Part shown: piece by piece, positions 12,124 to 25,381 of the stretch
How the letters are laid out: each line of letters starts with the position of its first letter
How positions within the stretch are numbered: position 1 is the stretch's first letter
Source: Batkoa obscura
Taxonomy: Eukaryota
Length of the DNA stretch: 64,000 bases
Assembly: GCA_030770535.1 (NCBI GenBank)
Contig: JASVEC010000002.1
Coordinates: 124,001-188,000, forward strand
Direction of reading: 5' to 3'
The notes under the pieces: model-generated
Databases searched by the model: none
What the model saw: the letters and a program-made list of their open reading frames with translations, nothing else
What the model was told of the DNA's origin: nothing
Program-made: the position numbers and the translations under genes

Positions 12124-13991
12124 TTAAATAATAAATTTTTTCTCTGAAAACAATAAATTGTTATCATCCTTTTTGATCTCTGGTGTAATTAATTGTACCT
12201 TAACTGCCCAATTACCAGAATATTTTGAGTCTTTATTCTTCAAATTTAATTCAAATAGATTATCAAATTCTTTTACTTGAACATTATCTTTAAACCATTT
12301 AACAATAAACTTTTCTCCTTTAAATAACTCTGGTTGTTTGCGAAACTGAGCGAATTGTAAAGGAATTAATTTAACATTGACTTTACCACATTTTTTGCTT
12401 ACAATTAACTCATCAATAATATTTAATCTTTTAAGATATTGTAACCAAAGGGATTCTTTGCAAACCTTACAAAATCTAGGTGAAGTAACATTTCTCATTA
12501 CACAATATTCATTTGTTGGTCGATATCTTTTAATATTATGATCATCCCATGTTGGATATAGAGAATAATTTTCACCATCAAATTTATATTCTTCTTCTGT
12601 TCCATATTCATGTAAAGTAACTGAAGTTACCATTCTTAAAGGTCCATTTTCAGGTATTTTAGTGTTACTTGTGATACTTAATGTATGTAACCCTTTACTA
12701 AATCCCGAAGCTCCATTAAAATAATCATAAAATACACGATCAATTGTATCAGCTGACTTCCATGGGATGATGACATCATCAATTTTAATTGAAATACTAT
12801 TTTCTTCTTTTGCACCTGAAATACCGATTCTATAATACCAGCGATTGTAATTACCATCAGAAGTAAAATTAGCTTTAAATGTACCATTTTTCAAATTATA
12901 CCAAGGATATAATAATAACCTATTAATGTTACGTTCTTCTCTTAAATTAGTTGAATTTGTTAACCAATGCTTCCATTTGACCTCATTAAAATTCTTAACT
13001 TCTTCACTATTAGCTCCATAATAAGCATAGGAATTATCATATTCATCACCAACATCAGCAAAAGTATGACCCATTTCATGGTTTAATACAACTGAACCAC
13101 TACGTTTTGAGGAAGTTGATATAATAATGTCCCCACCAACACCGCCATAGTATTCATCATTAGCAATTACTACTTTATAATCACAAGCAAATTCACCAGT
13201 TAATTTACAATAATTATTTATAATATTAACTGTTTCATCAGGATAATAAATAGCTCTTAATTCTTCTCCAGGACGATATAAAGAAAAGGCTGTATCTTTT
13301 TTAATATTAGCTCTGGTTATTCCACTATCTTTAGATTCTACATATACTGCCCAAACATTATAAATTGGGAAATAGGAACTGAATGTTACACCCTCAAACA
13401 ACTTTTTAACTAAATAATCAACATCTGAAAAGAATTTTTCTTTTTCACTAAGTTGATAACCATCCCCCATAAATACGACATCAATTCGATTCTTTGGATC
13501 ACCACTATTTAATAATTTTCGAACTTCAGTAGTAGTATCAGTAGAACGAGTAACTAGTGAATGTTTATTCTTAGCTTCTGATGAACTGGTATATAAATCC
13601 ATTATAGGTAAACTACCACATACTTTAAATAACTCTTGTTTAATATTACTTTCATTAATAGTAATAATAGTAATTAAATCTACGTTTAAATTATCTATTA
13701 ATTGAGTTCCTTTTTCAATATGACCTAATTTCCCTTTCTTTACGATTGTTGGTGTATCTTCATTAAGCCCATGATATTGTTGTACTTTTCCATCAGAAAT
13801 AATTTTACAATGATCTTCATAACGTATCACTTTAGTTTCATAATAATTAACTTCGTTAGTCGAAGTACTAGATAGTGTTAAAATTTGAGTTAATCAGAGT
13901 GATAATTTAATAAGAGAAATGAAAATTACCTTTGTCCTTTGACAAAGATTAGGTGAGTTAATATCAATAAAGAATTAAAAAAGAATTTCAT
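12124..13991 (-). CDS. Secreted zinc metallopeptidase, family M64 (IgA-peptidase-like)
   Basis: Exon 1 13991-13930 (MKFFFNSLLILTHLIFVKGQ, signal-like), exon 2 13867-12124 in frame; NRIDVVFMGDGY, YYGGVGG, HEMGH..DEY, CVMR..FCKVC motifs. Confidence 0.9.
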
Positions 13992-14659
13992 TTTTTTTAT
14001 TGAAATAATACTAAATAAAAATTTTCTCACCTTTATTTATACTCTTCATAGTTTAACTTTTTCAAATTAGTTATTCTTATTTATGATTACTGAAATTTAA
14101 ATTCAATCACATTATCAAGAAATCCATTTAAATTAAAACCATAATTCAACTAAATTCTAATCAACTGATATTAATTCTGTTCAATCTAAAATCATATCAA
14201 ATAGGAAAATATTTCATTCTCATAATTATCAATACATCATTTTACATGTTCTTTAAATGTTAATAATATTCTATTTATCAAATACCATGACTTAATAAAT
14301 GAGTACTTGGAGACCATTACTACGCTACTTTTTATGCATCTATATTTTTAATACTGTTTAAAATTTCAAAGCCAAAGCCTCCGGGCTTTATATTTTCATT
14401 ACATTAACTAACTAATAAACTTTCAACTATGAAAGTTTCAATAAAAAAATATCAAAAAACAATACTCCTTTTGAATTATAGAATAATAAGATAATTGTTA
14501 TAATTAGTTTAGTTACAATTAATCCTTGAAGTCAGCTTCTAAAAATTTATTGACTATTTTTATCTTAAACAAAATATATTTCATTCTCTGTAATTACTAC
14601 TTCAATCATTTACTAATGTTCTTTTAAATTATTAAAAATAATGTTCCATTTATTGGTAT

Positions 14660-14756
14660 GGGGATATATTTTTTATTCAAGAATCTTACTAGCAATTATT
14701 TTACTTCAAATAGTGCTTAAAAATGGAAAAAGTGATAAAACTAAAAAAGCATCCTC
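14660..14756 (-). mobile_element. MITE, decayed
   Basis: Reverse match to consensus, flanks GTAT/ATAT. Confidence 0.85.
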
Positions 14757-15159
14757 ATATGATGATGACTTAACAAATGATAAGCATTACAGTTTACTTT
14801 ATTTAAGGTACTTTTATACATTGATATAATGAACTTTTCAAAACTTTAGTTTTTGTGGTAAAGATAGAAGGTTCTTTAAGCTTTAAGAATTTAAAGTATT
14901 AAAATCTTAGAAAACATAAAAGGTCAAGGGTATTCGAAAGAAAAGTGACAAGTGAGATGGTGCAAAAAGATAGTGTTGAACAGTTTTGATGCTAATTTTT
15001 TCAATTTCAAACTAAAAACTGGACAAAATGTAATTGAAATAATTTAATTTTTTTATTTAATGTTGGAAAACTAACAAGCTATCTATTAGATTTTAGTTTA
15101 TATCATATTGATGCTTTTTACTTCTAATATGAATGACTTTTTATAAAAGTTTAATATAT

Positions 15160-17624
15160 GGGGTTGTCTGAATTAGTTTCATTATTTTATCCAATTTTTG
15201 AAAAATTTTGTATTTTAAAAACTTCGCTTAAAATTCTATAAAATCACATCTTTTATTAAAACAAAAGTACCCAAACACAGTTCTAAATCATTCTATTATA
15301 GCTCATACTGTAAGTTAGTTGAATTTCTACTAGATCTTAAATACATGTTCTTATAAAGCTTAATTGAGAAATATTTACTATCAACTGCTTTATAACCAAC
15401 ATTGTAGATTTATTATCAAATAAATAAACTATTTTAATGTTATAATTACATTATTAATATACTGCCAAGTTAATAAATAGCTGCATGGGAGGGAGTGGTT
15501 AGCCCCAAAACTATAATTAACCATCCCTATATAGTATAAGTAATAATAGTTTTTACATATTATTACAGTTACTTGTTCTTTGACTATTTATTAACTTAGC
15601 TATTAATAACTTAAGTAATCCTAACATTTAACAATCTATTTCTATCATTTAACAAAGTACTTACTTGCTTAGTAAATATCGAAATTTTTAAATTCTCTGT
15701 TATCTTCGTAAGGTAAGCTGGGATCGATCTTTTAATTTTTCTGTTTTCTATAGACTCTATAACTTTAATTGGGACTATATCGCTTTTTTTTGATGTATCA
15801 GATACTGGATAACAATGTAGTTTATTGTTATGTTTAATAAAATGTAAATACTTCTTAATGCCCTGCATCTCTATTATTCTTTTTGTATTTTTGTTTCTTT
15901 TATACTTCTTAAAAATTATATCTGTTTTCCCATTATTAACAGTCGAGTTATTAATTTTATTATGCTCACAAATAAAAGCCTCAAATCTTGAAATTAATTG
16001 ATCGATATCTTCTATTTTACCTAACGCTTCAAAACTACTTTTCCATTTTGAAAGGTTTCCAAAATGTCCATCAACTATACTTTTTCCATGATGCTCAGCA
16101 AAAAAATTAAGATTGACATTCAAACTACTATTTATTTTATGAATTTCTTTAAACATATAGTGTAGAAACTCTTGGGATCTAAAATGATTTCCTGTATCTG
16201 CCCATATATTAATTTTTGTAAACTTTTTAAATAGAAGCTCTGTAGAGATTAAATCGATTAAACAATCTCCTGCATATGCTGAATCATGATTCAATATTTC
16301 AGATAAATAATCAAAGTAAACTTTGCCTATTGTTTTATCATCTTTTAAATATAATACACCAAAACCCAATACTGATATAGCTTGTTTATTATAATGATCT
16401 AGATTTATTGAATCTGGTCTTGTTCCTATTTCCATATTTTGTTTAAAATCTAAAACTATTATACAACTTTTGTTATTTAATTTTTTAATAGTTTCATTAA
16501 ATGTGTTTTTTTGAGTATCAACACAGAATTTATGTAATTTGTATAATTTTTCTTCTTCGTTGAAAATTTCTTGTATCTCTGCTTTGTTTTTTGCTGTATT
16601 TATTTTATTTTCAAATAACTTTTTTCTAACTGTATACTGGGTACATATATTACATAGATCCGTTTTTCTTGCTGGATTTTTGAAATTACTTGGTATATAT
16701 TTAAAGAACGTTGACCTAGCTACTGCTTTATCTCTTAGATCATTCAAATATTTACTATATATCATTCTTCTACTTTTATTTAATATATATATATTATCTG
16801 ATGAATATTTACTATCGTTATTTTTTTTATTAAATCTTGATGAAATAGTTGAATCATTTAGTAAATATTGTATGATAGTTTCAATTTGGTCATCTTTAAT
16901 TTTTTTTGTATTTTTAATAATAGGTTTTAATGTTGATATTTTATTATTATTACTTGTTTTTGAATAATCATATTGATTTCTATTTATATTAAACCCAAAA
17001 CTCTTACATTCATCAAAAGAATATACTGAAGCTATAGTTGATAATAACGCTACTTGCTGACTTTTGTTTCCTGTTTCCCTTAAAGCACTAATTTTATACA
17101 TTACTTGATTAAGTTTATTATTATCGATAGTAAACTTTGATAATATATCTTTTCTTTGTTTTGTTTTATTATAAAATTCCATAAACCTTGGGTTGTTATA
17201 AGTAGCTCTTAAAATTGATGTAAATGAATTACAATGTTTATATTGTGTACTCCTCCCTATTGTATTGAAGTTTTCAAAAATTCCATTTCGAAGTTTAGTT
17301 ATGAAAGTTTGCATTTTATTTTTATTTCAACAAAAAATAAAGTCAAATAAAGTCAAATAATTGTGTTTATATAATTATGTATTTATATAATTATATAATC
17401 ATATAGTTATATATTATATATCTGTTAAATATCTAACAGAACTAACATAAAATACATAGTTAGGAAAATTAGCTATTTAAGAAAAGGAAACAATTAAAAT
17501 AAGTTTTAAATAGAGACATTTAATTTTAGGCTTTTTAGATTTAACCGTTATATTGAACACAAACTTGAAATTTTAAATTTGGATTAATTTCTAAGTAGAT
17601 TCTGAAACCAATTAGGACAGCCCC
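15160..17624 (-). mobile_element. Complete, apparently autonomous Sola2-like DNA transposon (2465 bp)
   Basis: Imperfect ~22-bp TIRs GGGGTTGTCTGAATTAGTTTCA / TGAAACCAATTAGGACAGCCCC, TSD ATAT/ATAT, one intact transposase ORF. Confidence 0.92.
15611..17314 (-). CDS. DDD transposase, Sola2-like, 567 aa, intronless
   Basis: CNIC..H putative zinc motif; candidate catalytic D289 (VLDFKQN), D373 (IWADTGNHF), D415 (FFAEHHGKSIVDGHFG); the DFxxN and HGKxxxDG motifs plus GRG termini fit Sola2. Confidence 0.85.
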   Translation of the reverse strand: MQTFITKLRNGIFENFNTIGRSTQYKHCNSFTSILRATYNNPRFMEFYNKTKQRKDILSKFTIDNNKLNQVMYKISALRETGNKSQQVALLSTIASVYSFDECKSFGFNINRNQYDYSKTSNNNKISTLKPIIKNTKKIKDDQIETIIQYLLNDSTISSRFNKKNNDSKYSSDNIYILNKSRRMIYSKYLNDLRDKAVARSTFFKYIPSNFKNPARKTDLCNICTQYTVRKKLFENKINTAKNKAEIQEIFNEEEKLYKLHKFCVDTQKNTFNETIKKLNNKSCIIVLDFKQNMEIGTRPDSINLDHYNKQAISVLGFGVLYLKDDKTIGKVYFDYLSEILNHDSAYAGDCLIDLISTELLFKKFTKINIWADTGNHFRSQEFLHYMFKEIHKINSSLNVNLNFFAEHHGKSIVDGHFGNLSKWKSSFEALGKIEDIDQLISRFEAFICEHNKINNSTVNNGKTDIIFKKYKRNKNTKRIIEMQGIKKYLHFIKHNNKLHCYPVSDTSKKSDIVPIKVIESIENRKIKRSIPAYLTKITENLKISIFTKQVSTLLNDRNRLLNVRIT

Positions 17625-18061
17625 ATATCTTGTTTAAATAACAATTTCCATTTTATTAAAAAATCAAAGTAGGTTACAGTTAAATATCACTTACTGTTCT
17701 TAGCTTTGAGTTAATTTTTTCTAATGAAAAAAGTTCAAGAGTTTTTTTGTCATTGAAATTGTATTAAATAAATACAACTACAAATTAAAAGCAATGAAAA
17801 ATATTTAACTGAAAGCTATTTTAATTTGTTTTACTAAAATAATTGATGAGCATCACTGGTTACAACAGTAATATGAATTTTTATTCAAAAGAGAGACTTA
17901 TCTACTGTAAAAAATTTTACCAAGGTTATTCTACATCCTTGCGATAAACCTTAATATAAAAGTAAGATCAAGTTTTTTTTTCATAATTGTGTAGTTACTC
18001 TTATCCTTTTGCTATTCCCATTTTCTTAGTGTTTAATTTGTATCCATTGTTTTTATAAATA

Positions 18062-18157
18062 GGGGATGTATTTTTATGCTCAGAATTTTACTAACAAATT
18101 TTCCGCTCAAATAGTGCTTAAAAGATAGAAAAAGTAATGAAGCCAAAAAACAACTTC
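18062..18157 (-). mobile_element. MITE
   Basis: Reverse match to consensus; flanks AATA/AATA. Confidence 0.85.
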
Positions 18158-20024
18158 AATACCTACTTGAAATTTACACATTTTCAAAGCCTTATACGTA
18201 ATTTATGTTAACTTTTTAAATTCATGAAAATTCAATAAATTCAATTAATTTATGATTTAATTCAATAAATAATCAAATAAATAAATCTCAGTCCTACGGT
18301 TCTAACAAAAAAATTAAATAGCAGTTATTATTTCATTTTATAATACTAATTTATTGACTATTTAAAATACTTTGTTCTTATTTCATTTTATAATGCCAAT
18401 TTATTAAAATCTTAATTTTCTATTCACAACTATAAATTGATTATTATTAATATAAATAAGTACACATATATTAGTAGCACGTTGATTATATGATAAGAGA
18501 TAAAGGGATACATTAACTCCTAATCAAAAGAGTAAAATCATAATACTCAAACCAAGCTTACTTTATATGAATATATTTAAATTAAAATCTATAAAATTAA
18601 TTTAAATTGAACTAATATTCAAGTATTTAATAAGCTAATAATATCAACAAACAAGCTTTTAGTTATGAAATCGTTTATACTTACTAAGTTCCACTAAATC
18701 CAAAATTCAACTTTAATTTGTTTCTTTTATTTAAAGGCTATTATTGAGCTAGATTTAGCCTAAAGTAACCTTAGTAAATAATAACATCAAACAGATTGTT
18801 TAGTTTGATAATACTAAGATTAAGTAATTTTAAAGTTTTGATTCAATTTCCGAATTAAAAAAACTAAAGAAATTAAAAACCTTATGAATAATGTGAAAGT
18901 TTTAGCTGATTGAAATCAAATATAACATTTCATACTCTATACTTTTAAAATTATAAATGAATTACTAACCTCAACCTAGTGATTTATCATATTACCAAAG
19001 AGAGCACTATCTATTGTGTTGGTTTGTCAAAGCATACAGTTAAAATATTGCCAATCACTCCATGACTAGAAGATTCTCGCTTTGAATTTTGCAATCAATG
19101 GAAAGAATTTGCGAAATTTTAATTATCCCAAGCTATCCTTCATCTTAGAAAATGATGTCATCTTCCATTGAAATAGTAACAAATAAGGGATTAGTGATGT
19201 TACCATTGGGCAATAATGATTCTTTATGATGATTTAAGACATTGAATTTATTAGCTAGTGACTATCAATTAATGAAATATTCAACCTTTCAAAGGCTTAA
19301 AAACATAGTAAGTTTAATGAATAATAAGTTATTGAGTGGAGATTTTCATTAAAAAATATCAACAATCAAGTGGGACTGACTTGAAGTGAGAAAATTTACC
19401 CGATTTACTGCATTAAAATTTCCTAAAGTAATAAAATGGTTGAAATAAATATAATACTATTAGTTTATTATTTCATAGTTAATTTAAAATTTCCAATAAA
19501 TCTTTTTTAATATTCACTTTAAGCAAAAATATTTTTTATTTTAAACCCAACCTTCATTTTATTTTCATCTCCAAATTTCTCATTCATGAAACATAACTGC
19601 TATATTTATACTTTGTAGGCTTAAAATGATTTTTATACATTAAAAAAGTTAAAATTCCGCTTTATTTGATTCGTGTTTTTATTAGAAATGTTTTAACATT
19701 GGTTAACTGATTCAAGTCATGACTAGTATTTCTAAATATAAACACTACCAGCCTGAGTATTTTGGCCAATCAATTAAGATTATTATCCTTATTTTTAGAT
19801 TTTATTTGATAATTATAGATCACTTTTTCAAATGTTATTTGATGAAATTTAACTAAGTTTGAAACTTTATTTGGAAATGAAGTGGTGAGTCATTGTGAAT
19901 ATAAATAGGTGCCAATTTCTCCTTAAATAAAATTTTCAAATTTAACACTCTCGAACATATTTAGAATTTATATATAACCTTCACTTATTTATATAAAACG
20001 TTTTATAAACTATAATAAAATAAA

Positions 20025-21253
20025 ATGATAAAAAGAACAAATAATATATATCAATTAAAACAATGGATTATGATTAATCGACGTAGCTTTCAATCCACTT
20101 CAACAAGGCAAACCTTTTTACCTCGTAGATGGTTGGTAAGTTATTTATTAAAGTTGATTTAATATTTATAACTAATAAATTATAGACTTCAGAAGCTGGA
20201 AAACCACACAAGTGTGCTATCTTATTCCCGGGTCAAGGTTCCCAGTATATTGGTATGGGTAAAGATTTTTATGATAATTATCAGTCTGCAAGGGATGTCT
20301 ATCATGAAGTTGATGAAGCTTTAAATTTTAAATTATCTGAGTTAATCTTTGAAGGAGATTGTAATAAGCTTAAATTAACTGAAAATGCTCAACCGGCTAT
20401 ATTAACTACATCAATCGCTATTTTAAATGTACTTCAAAAAGAGTTTGGTTTTGATTTAAAAGAGCAAGCTAACTTTGCACTTGGGCATTCTCTTGGTGAG
20501 TTTTCAGCTCTTGTAGCAACAGACTCTATTAAATTAAGTGATGCTGCTCAATTGGTACGTATCCGTGGTAAAGCTATGCAAAACTGTGTTGCTGAACAAA
20601 ATCGTGATGTTTTAATGAGTGCTTTAATACTATCAAAAAATAGATTAAGGGATTTGGAAGATGCTATGGTAACAATACGTTCTCAACTTGCTGATGGGGA
20701 AGTAGCTGAAATCGCTAATATTAATTCTAATTTACAGTCTGTCATATCTGGTACGAGAGAGGGCGTTAATTTTGCTTCCCAAGAACTTAAAAGAATGAAA
20801 ATAGCTACGCGTGCTGTTGATTTACCTGTTTCAGCCCCTTTTCATTGTAGTCTAATGCAACCATCTCGTGTTACCTTTGAAGAAGCATTAAATAAGATTG
20901 AAATTCAAAAACCTAATATCCCAGTTATTTTTGGAGCTACTGGTAAACCAATTGATACAGAAGCCAAAGATCAAGTGTATATTATTAAACAATTATTAAG
21001 TCATCAAATTGATAGTACCGTTCAATGGCATTATTCTATCCAATATTGTAAACAAAATAGTGTGGATAGATTTATCGCCATTGGCCCTAGTAAAGTATTA
21101 GGTAACTTAGCACGTAAAGATTATCCTTTAGATTGGATAAGATGTGTTTCTACTGTTTCAGAATGTGAAAGTGAATTTGGTACGAATAGTAAAGCCTCTT
21201 CTAATATTAATGAAACTAAATTAGACACCAAGAAATTACAAGCCCAACTATAG
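20025..21253 (+). CDS. MCT1: Mitochondrial malonyl-CoA:ACP transacylase (FabD)
   Basis: Exon 1 20025-20135 (Arg-rich, acid-free presequence), intron 20136-20185; LFPGQGSQ, AQPAI, GHSLGE and VSAPFH motifs. Confidence 0.93.
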
Positions 21254-22765
21254 TGTAAATAGGAATGTTTGGAAGCTATGATGTCGACGTAGATAATTCA
21301 TAACTTAGCTTTTTTATGATATCTTCTCTCAAAATTATTTTTAATGTTTTTTTTGATATGGTTGAATTATAGACCATTTTTATTCTATTGCTAATCTAAA
21401 TTTGTGTATTTTTTCTAATAAAATTTATTTAACTTTATTTTGTTTATTTTTTTAATTTATTAAGGCTTATTATGTAATTTTAACTATAAAACAATGTTAC
21501 TTTTTTAAGATTAGTTTTAGTTTTCATAAATGTTAATCATAGTGTAAATATGAAATTATTGCTAAGTTTAGGATTTAAACTCCAGCTTTATTAGATTTTG
21601 GATTTGCCCATTCTTATAGAAAGTTGCTTGATTCAAACAGTTTAAAATTCGAGTCTCATTTTAAAAAATTACTACAGTTCTAATTTCAATGTGATGGATG
21701 ATGTGATGTTTTTACATAAGGCTATTATAAACTAATGTCCATAAAAGATTGGGATTTAATAGGTTGTTCTATAACGTTTTTACTGTAGCTTAAGGTCCCA
21801 TATATGGAAAATTTATTAAACTAAATCAGTAAATAAAAACATTTTATGATTAATTTTGGTTTTTTAGTTAAAAATAAAACTATTGTTGATTGTAGCAGGA
21901 AGTTCTTTCCATACCTAAAAGCTGAAAATTTATTTAAACTTCATCTCGTTATAACTTATAATATGTTTATTCTATACAAGATGTAAAAACCGTGATAGTA
22001 TCAAGAAAAAAAACGAAAAACAGGTACAAAGTTATAGCAGTTTTCTTAGACTATATCAGCAAATATGAAATTGTAATTATATATTTTGAACCTAAAGCTC
22101 ACCTTAAAAGTCGAATCCCATAGTCTTTAATAGAGATAAATAACACCTAAACTTAAATTATTTTAGTGTAATAATTTTATAACCTAGCCAATAATTCTTT
22201 ATCAAAAAGACTAAAGTTATGAAATGTTTTTCTAAAAGTCATAAAAACTTTTAAGATATTATAATTTCCCAAAAATTAAAAAGTAGTAAATGATAACTAA
22301 GATACAACAAAAATGAAAATATTATAAAAAATAATTATGGGATTTAAATAAGAAGAATTAGATTCAAAATGTCTCATTAATGTTATCATATCTTTTAACT
22401 TGTTATAAAAAATACTAAAAGATTATTTATACAAGCCTGTGTATCTATTACTATATATTTTTTAGCATAAAACAGATAAATGTATTAGTTGGTAACTCTT
22501 TTAAGCAATAAGAATTAAACCCTTCAACAAAATATCTCTAGCGGTTGCTATTATGGTGATAGACAAAAATAAGTTTATGCTGGTCACTTTTTCATCCTTT
22601 TGTTAATATTCAAAGAGTTGCGTAATGTTTTTTTCTTAATTATATTAAATATTGTAAATAGACAGTTCTATTTTTAAAAAAAACTATATTGATTGAGCAT
22701 CAATTGTATAAGCTAAAATTATTTGAAATTGACCAAAATATAGACTCACGCTTCCCATTGTTATA

Positions 22766-23660
22766 TTACCTTTTTTAAAATGCTTTGATCTCTTCCCAGA
22801 ACTTTGTTGCTTCATGTTTAATTATAGCATGTAAAAACAAAATTAACTGAGTATTAACAAAAAACCCCAAACCCCAAATCATAAAGAATAATTGCAATAA
22901 GTTGAAGAGAATCAGCGAGATTTCCAAATCCCGCTACATCCAAATAATTTAATGCTATTTCAATAAAAACAGGACATTTCCAACAACCATTAATGTTCCA
23001 TATACTGACAAAATTATACAGGTCTTAATGATAACAACCAGAAGATCTTTAGTTGCTGCTTTATAACCAAAGTTCAATCGAGTTTCGCTTTCCATATTTT
23101 TCGAAACTCACTCGCTTTCTTGGATATCCGATAATAATAATAGGTTATTGTGATTACCAAGACAATTAGAAACTCTAAAAAAATAGGTAAAGGTAGCCAA
23201 GGAAAGTGCTTTCACGCCAATATGAGATGGAAATTGGTAGCTGAATGTATACAGGTGCCAATTGTCGCATACATAATTAGAAGGATCAAGTAAATGGCTG
23301 AGTTAGTAACTAAGATCCAAAAAGCTGCCTTTATTACTCCATACTTTTTAGATATTAATACACACTCAACAGCCAATAAAGCATTGAATATAACTTCAAA
23401 TTAGAGGATGAAAGCATAAAAAAGCTACTGATAATACATCTAATGACATCGAATGTTATTTTTTCATCAGCCAATTGAGTGTAGATAGAATCTGTTATCA
23501 CCAAGATTGGTATTAAGAGTTCCAAACTGGTAATTATAACGGTGAGCTCAGTCTCCTTCTTTTTGATTGAGATCCAAGTTATAAATAATAACAATAAGGA
23601 ACATTTGATAACAACAGATACACTAAATATTATGGCGATGTACAAGATATAGCTATTCAT
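22766..23660 (-). pseudogene. Class-A-like 7TM receptor pseudogene (array copy 1)
   Basis: MNSYILYIAIIFS..LELLIPILVITDSIYTQ then frameshifts; C-terminal FLHAIIKHEATKF matches intact paralogs. Confidence 0.85.
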
Positions 23661-24793
23661 TCCAAAACAAAAAAGTTGTTCTTTATTGCTATTTATATCC
23701 AGATGTCTTTTGGTTTTTTGTACATTTTTATGCAATAAAGGAGCTATCAAGTCATTCACTATATCTCAGCACTCTTTCATGGGCTTTAAAAGTAATAATT
23801 GTTGGTTGAAGCAGTATATGTTTTTAAAATTTAAAAACAAGATGATTTTTAAGCAAATCCTTACTGGTATCGCAATCGTATGTTTTATATGTTCTTATTT
23901 GGGTTAAAGGGTGACGAAGCTACCGAACAGCTTAACAAAAAGTTTATTTAAATCCTTTAGACAAAAAAAGCATACCTATTCTGTTTTATTTAATTTTTTG
24001 GATAACATATTATTTATTATTTAGATCTATCTCGTAGTTATTGCTTTAAAAACAGGATTTGTTTATTATGCTTAAGAATCCTTTCTCAGCTAAAGCCTAG
24101 CCTGAAGTCTTTGTAGAGCTAAATAGGAGATTACCTACCAAAGAACCTGTTAGTTAATTGCACTCAAGGAAGTTTTCAAACACGAAATAATTCAATATTA
24201 TCATTTTAGAAAAAACTCTCATAAAGGAAATAAGTTCTTTAAATACGTATTTTAAATAATCCTTTATTTGTAGTTTTTTGAATTTGCTATTAAAATACTA
24301 ATTTTATACAAGTTGTAAATAAAACCAAACTACAAATGGTAGTGGATTCTAACTATTAATTATTGACCATATGCAAGTCTGTTTATAAAAATTTAACGAA
24401 TTCCAAAAAACTTAACTTGTTGCTGATAAAAACGTTGACCATTGCATGTCAGTCTCAAAGCTATACAACTATTAAAAAATAAAATGAGCATAGTTGAAAA
24501 AACTCAACTAATCAACCTTCCACCATTTTCAAAAGAATTGAGCAGTCTTTATATAATATGGCTATATATTTAAGCAAATAATAAAATAAAACATCAGAAC
24601 TCAGAAAAATGTTAGATGTGGATGGTAAAAAATTAATGTGTCAGTTAGATTATGAAAGATAACAAGAAAACAAAAAATGCTTAAAATTTTAAATCTTTAG
24701 AAATTTAATACAATTTTAGATTAACTTGTTTAAAAATATTATATAGCAATTCAGTTTTGCTCAATTTTGTTTTATTAATTTGATTAACTATTT

Positions 24794-24892
24794 GGGGATG
24801 TTTTTTTTGGCTTCATTACTTTTTCCACCTTTTAAGCGCTATTTGAGTGGAAAAATTGCTAGTAAAATTCTTAAATACAAAAACACATCCCC
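24794..24892 (+). mobile_element. MITE, consensus-like
   Basis: GGGGATGT..ACATCCCC, TSD ATTT/ATTT, one mismatch to 3984-4082. Confidence 0.95.
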
Positions 24893-25381
24893 ATTTACCC
24901 AACTCGCGGATTTATGTTAAAATGAAAAATCTAATTTTTTCAAAATGTATATACTCTATTATTTTTATCTTATTGAAACATACATGATGATTTTTTAAAT
25001 ACAACATTTTTAATTATCTAAATAGAAATAAGTAAAACATAGAAGATGACAATTTTAAACGATAAAACTTAATTTATAGGCCTTTAATCTACTATAAAGA
25101 TGCTAAAAAAAGTGTAATTATTTAACATTGTAAAAGGTTTATAAAGCAAAGTATTTAGATACTTCAAACATTCTAAAATATAAATTATCAAATCTAAGAA
25201 AAGCTAGAATTAGATTTCTATATTAATTATGATAATTGTTTGAATCGAATATAAGAAAATAAAAGTGAATTACAAAAGTAATGTTGATAATCATTAATAT
25301 TTTATTGAATATAAAATTGTCGAGCATATTAATTAGCAATCTTTTCAGTAGGATACCTTACACTCATATCATCACTATCAA

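Noticed and set aside
16539..16967. 142-aa antisense ORF, also at 3812-4018, 55291-55557 and 56349-56609
   Set aside because: Shadow of the Lys/Asn-rich transposase strand; starts at TTG and recurs only because the element is repeated.
18950..19400. Slightly GC-richer stretch that looks like decayed coding sequence
   Set aside because: Multiple stops in the frame I read and no motif I can identify.
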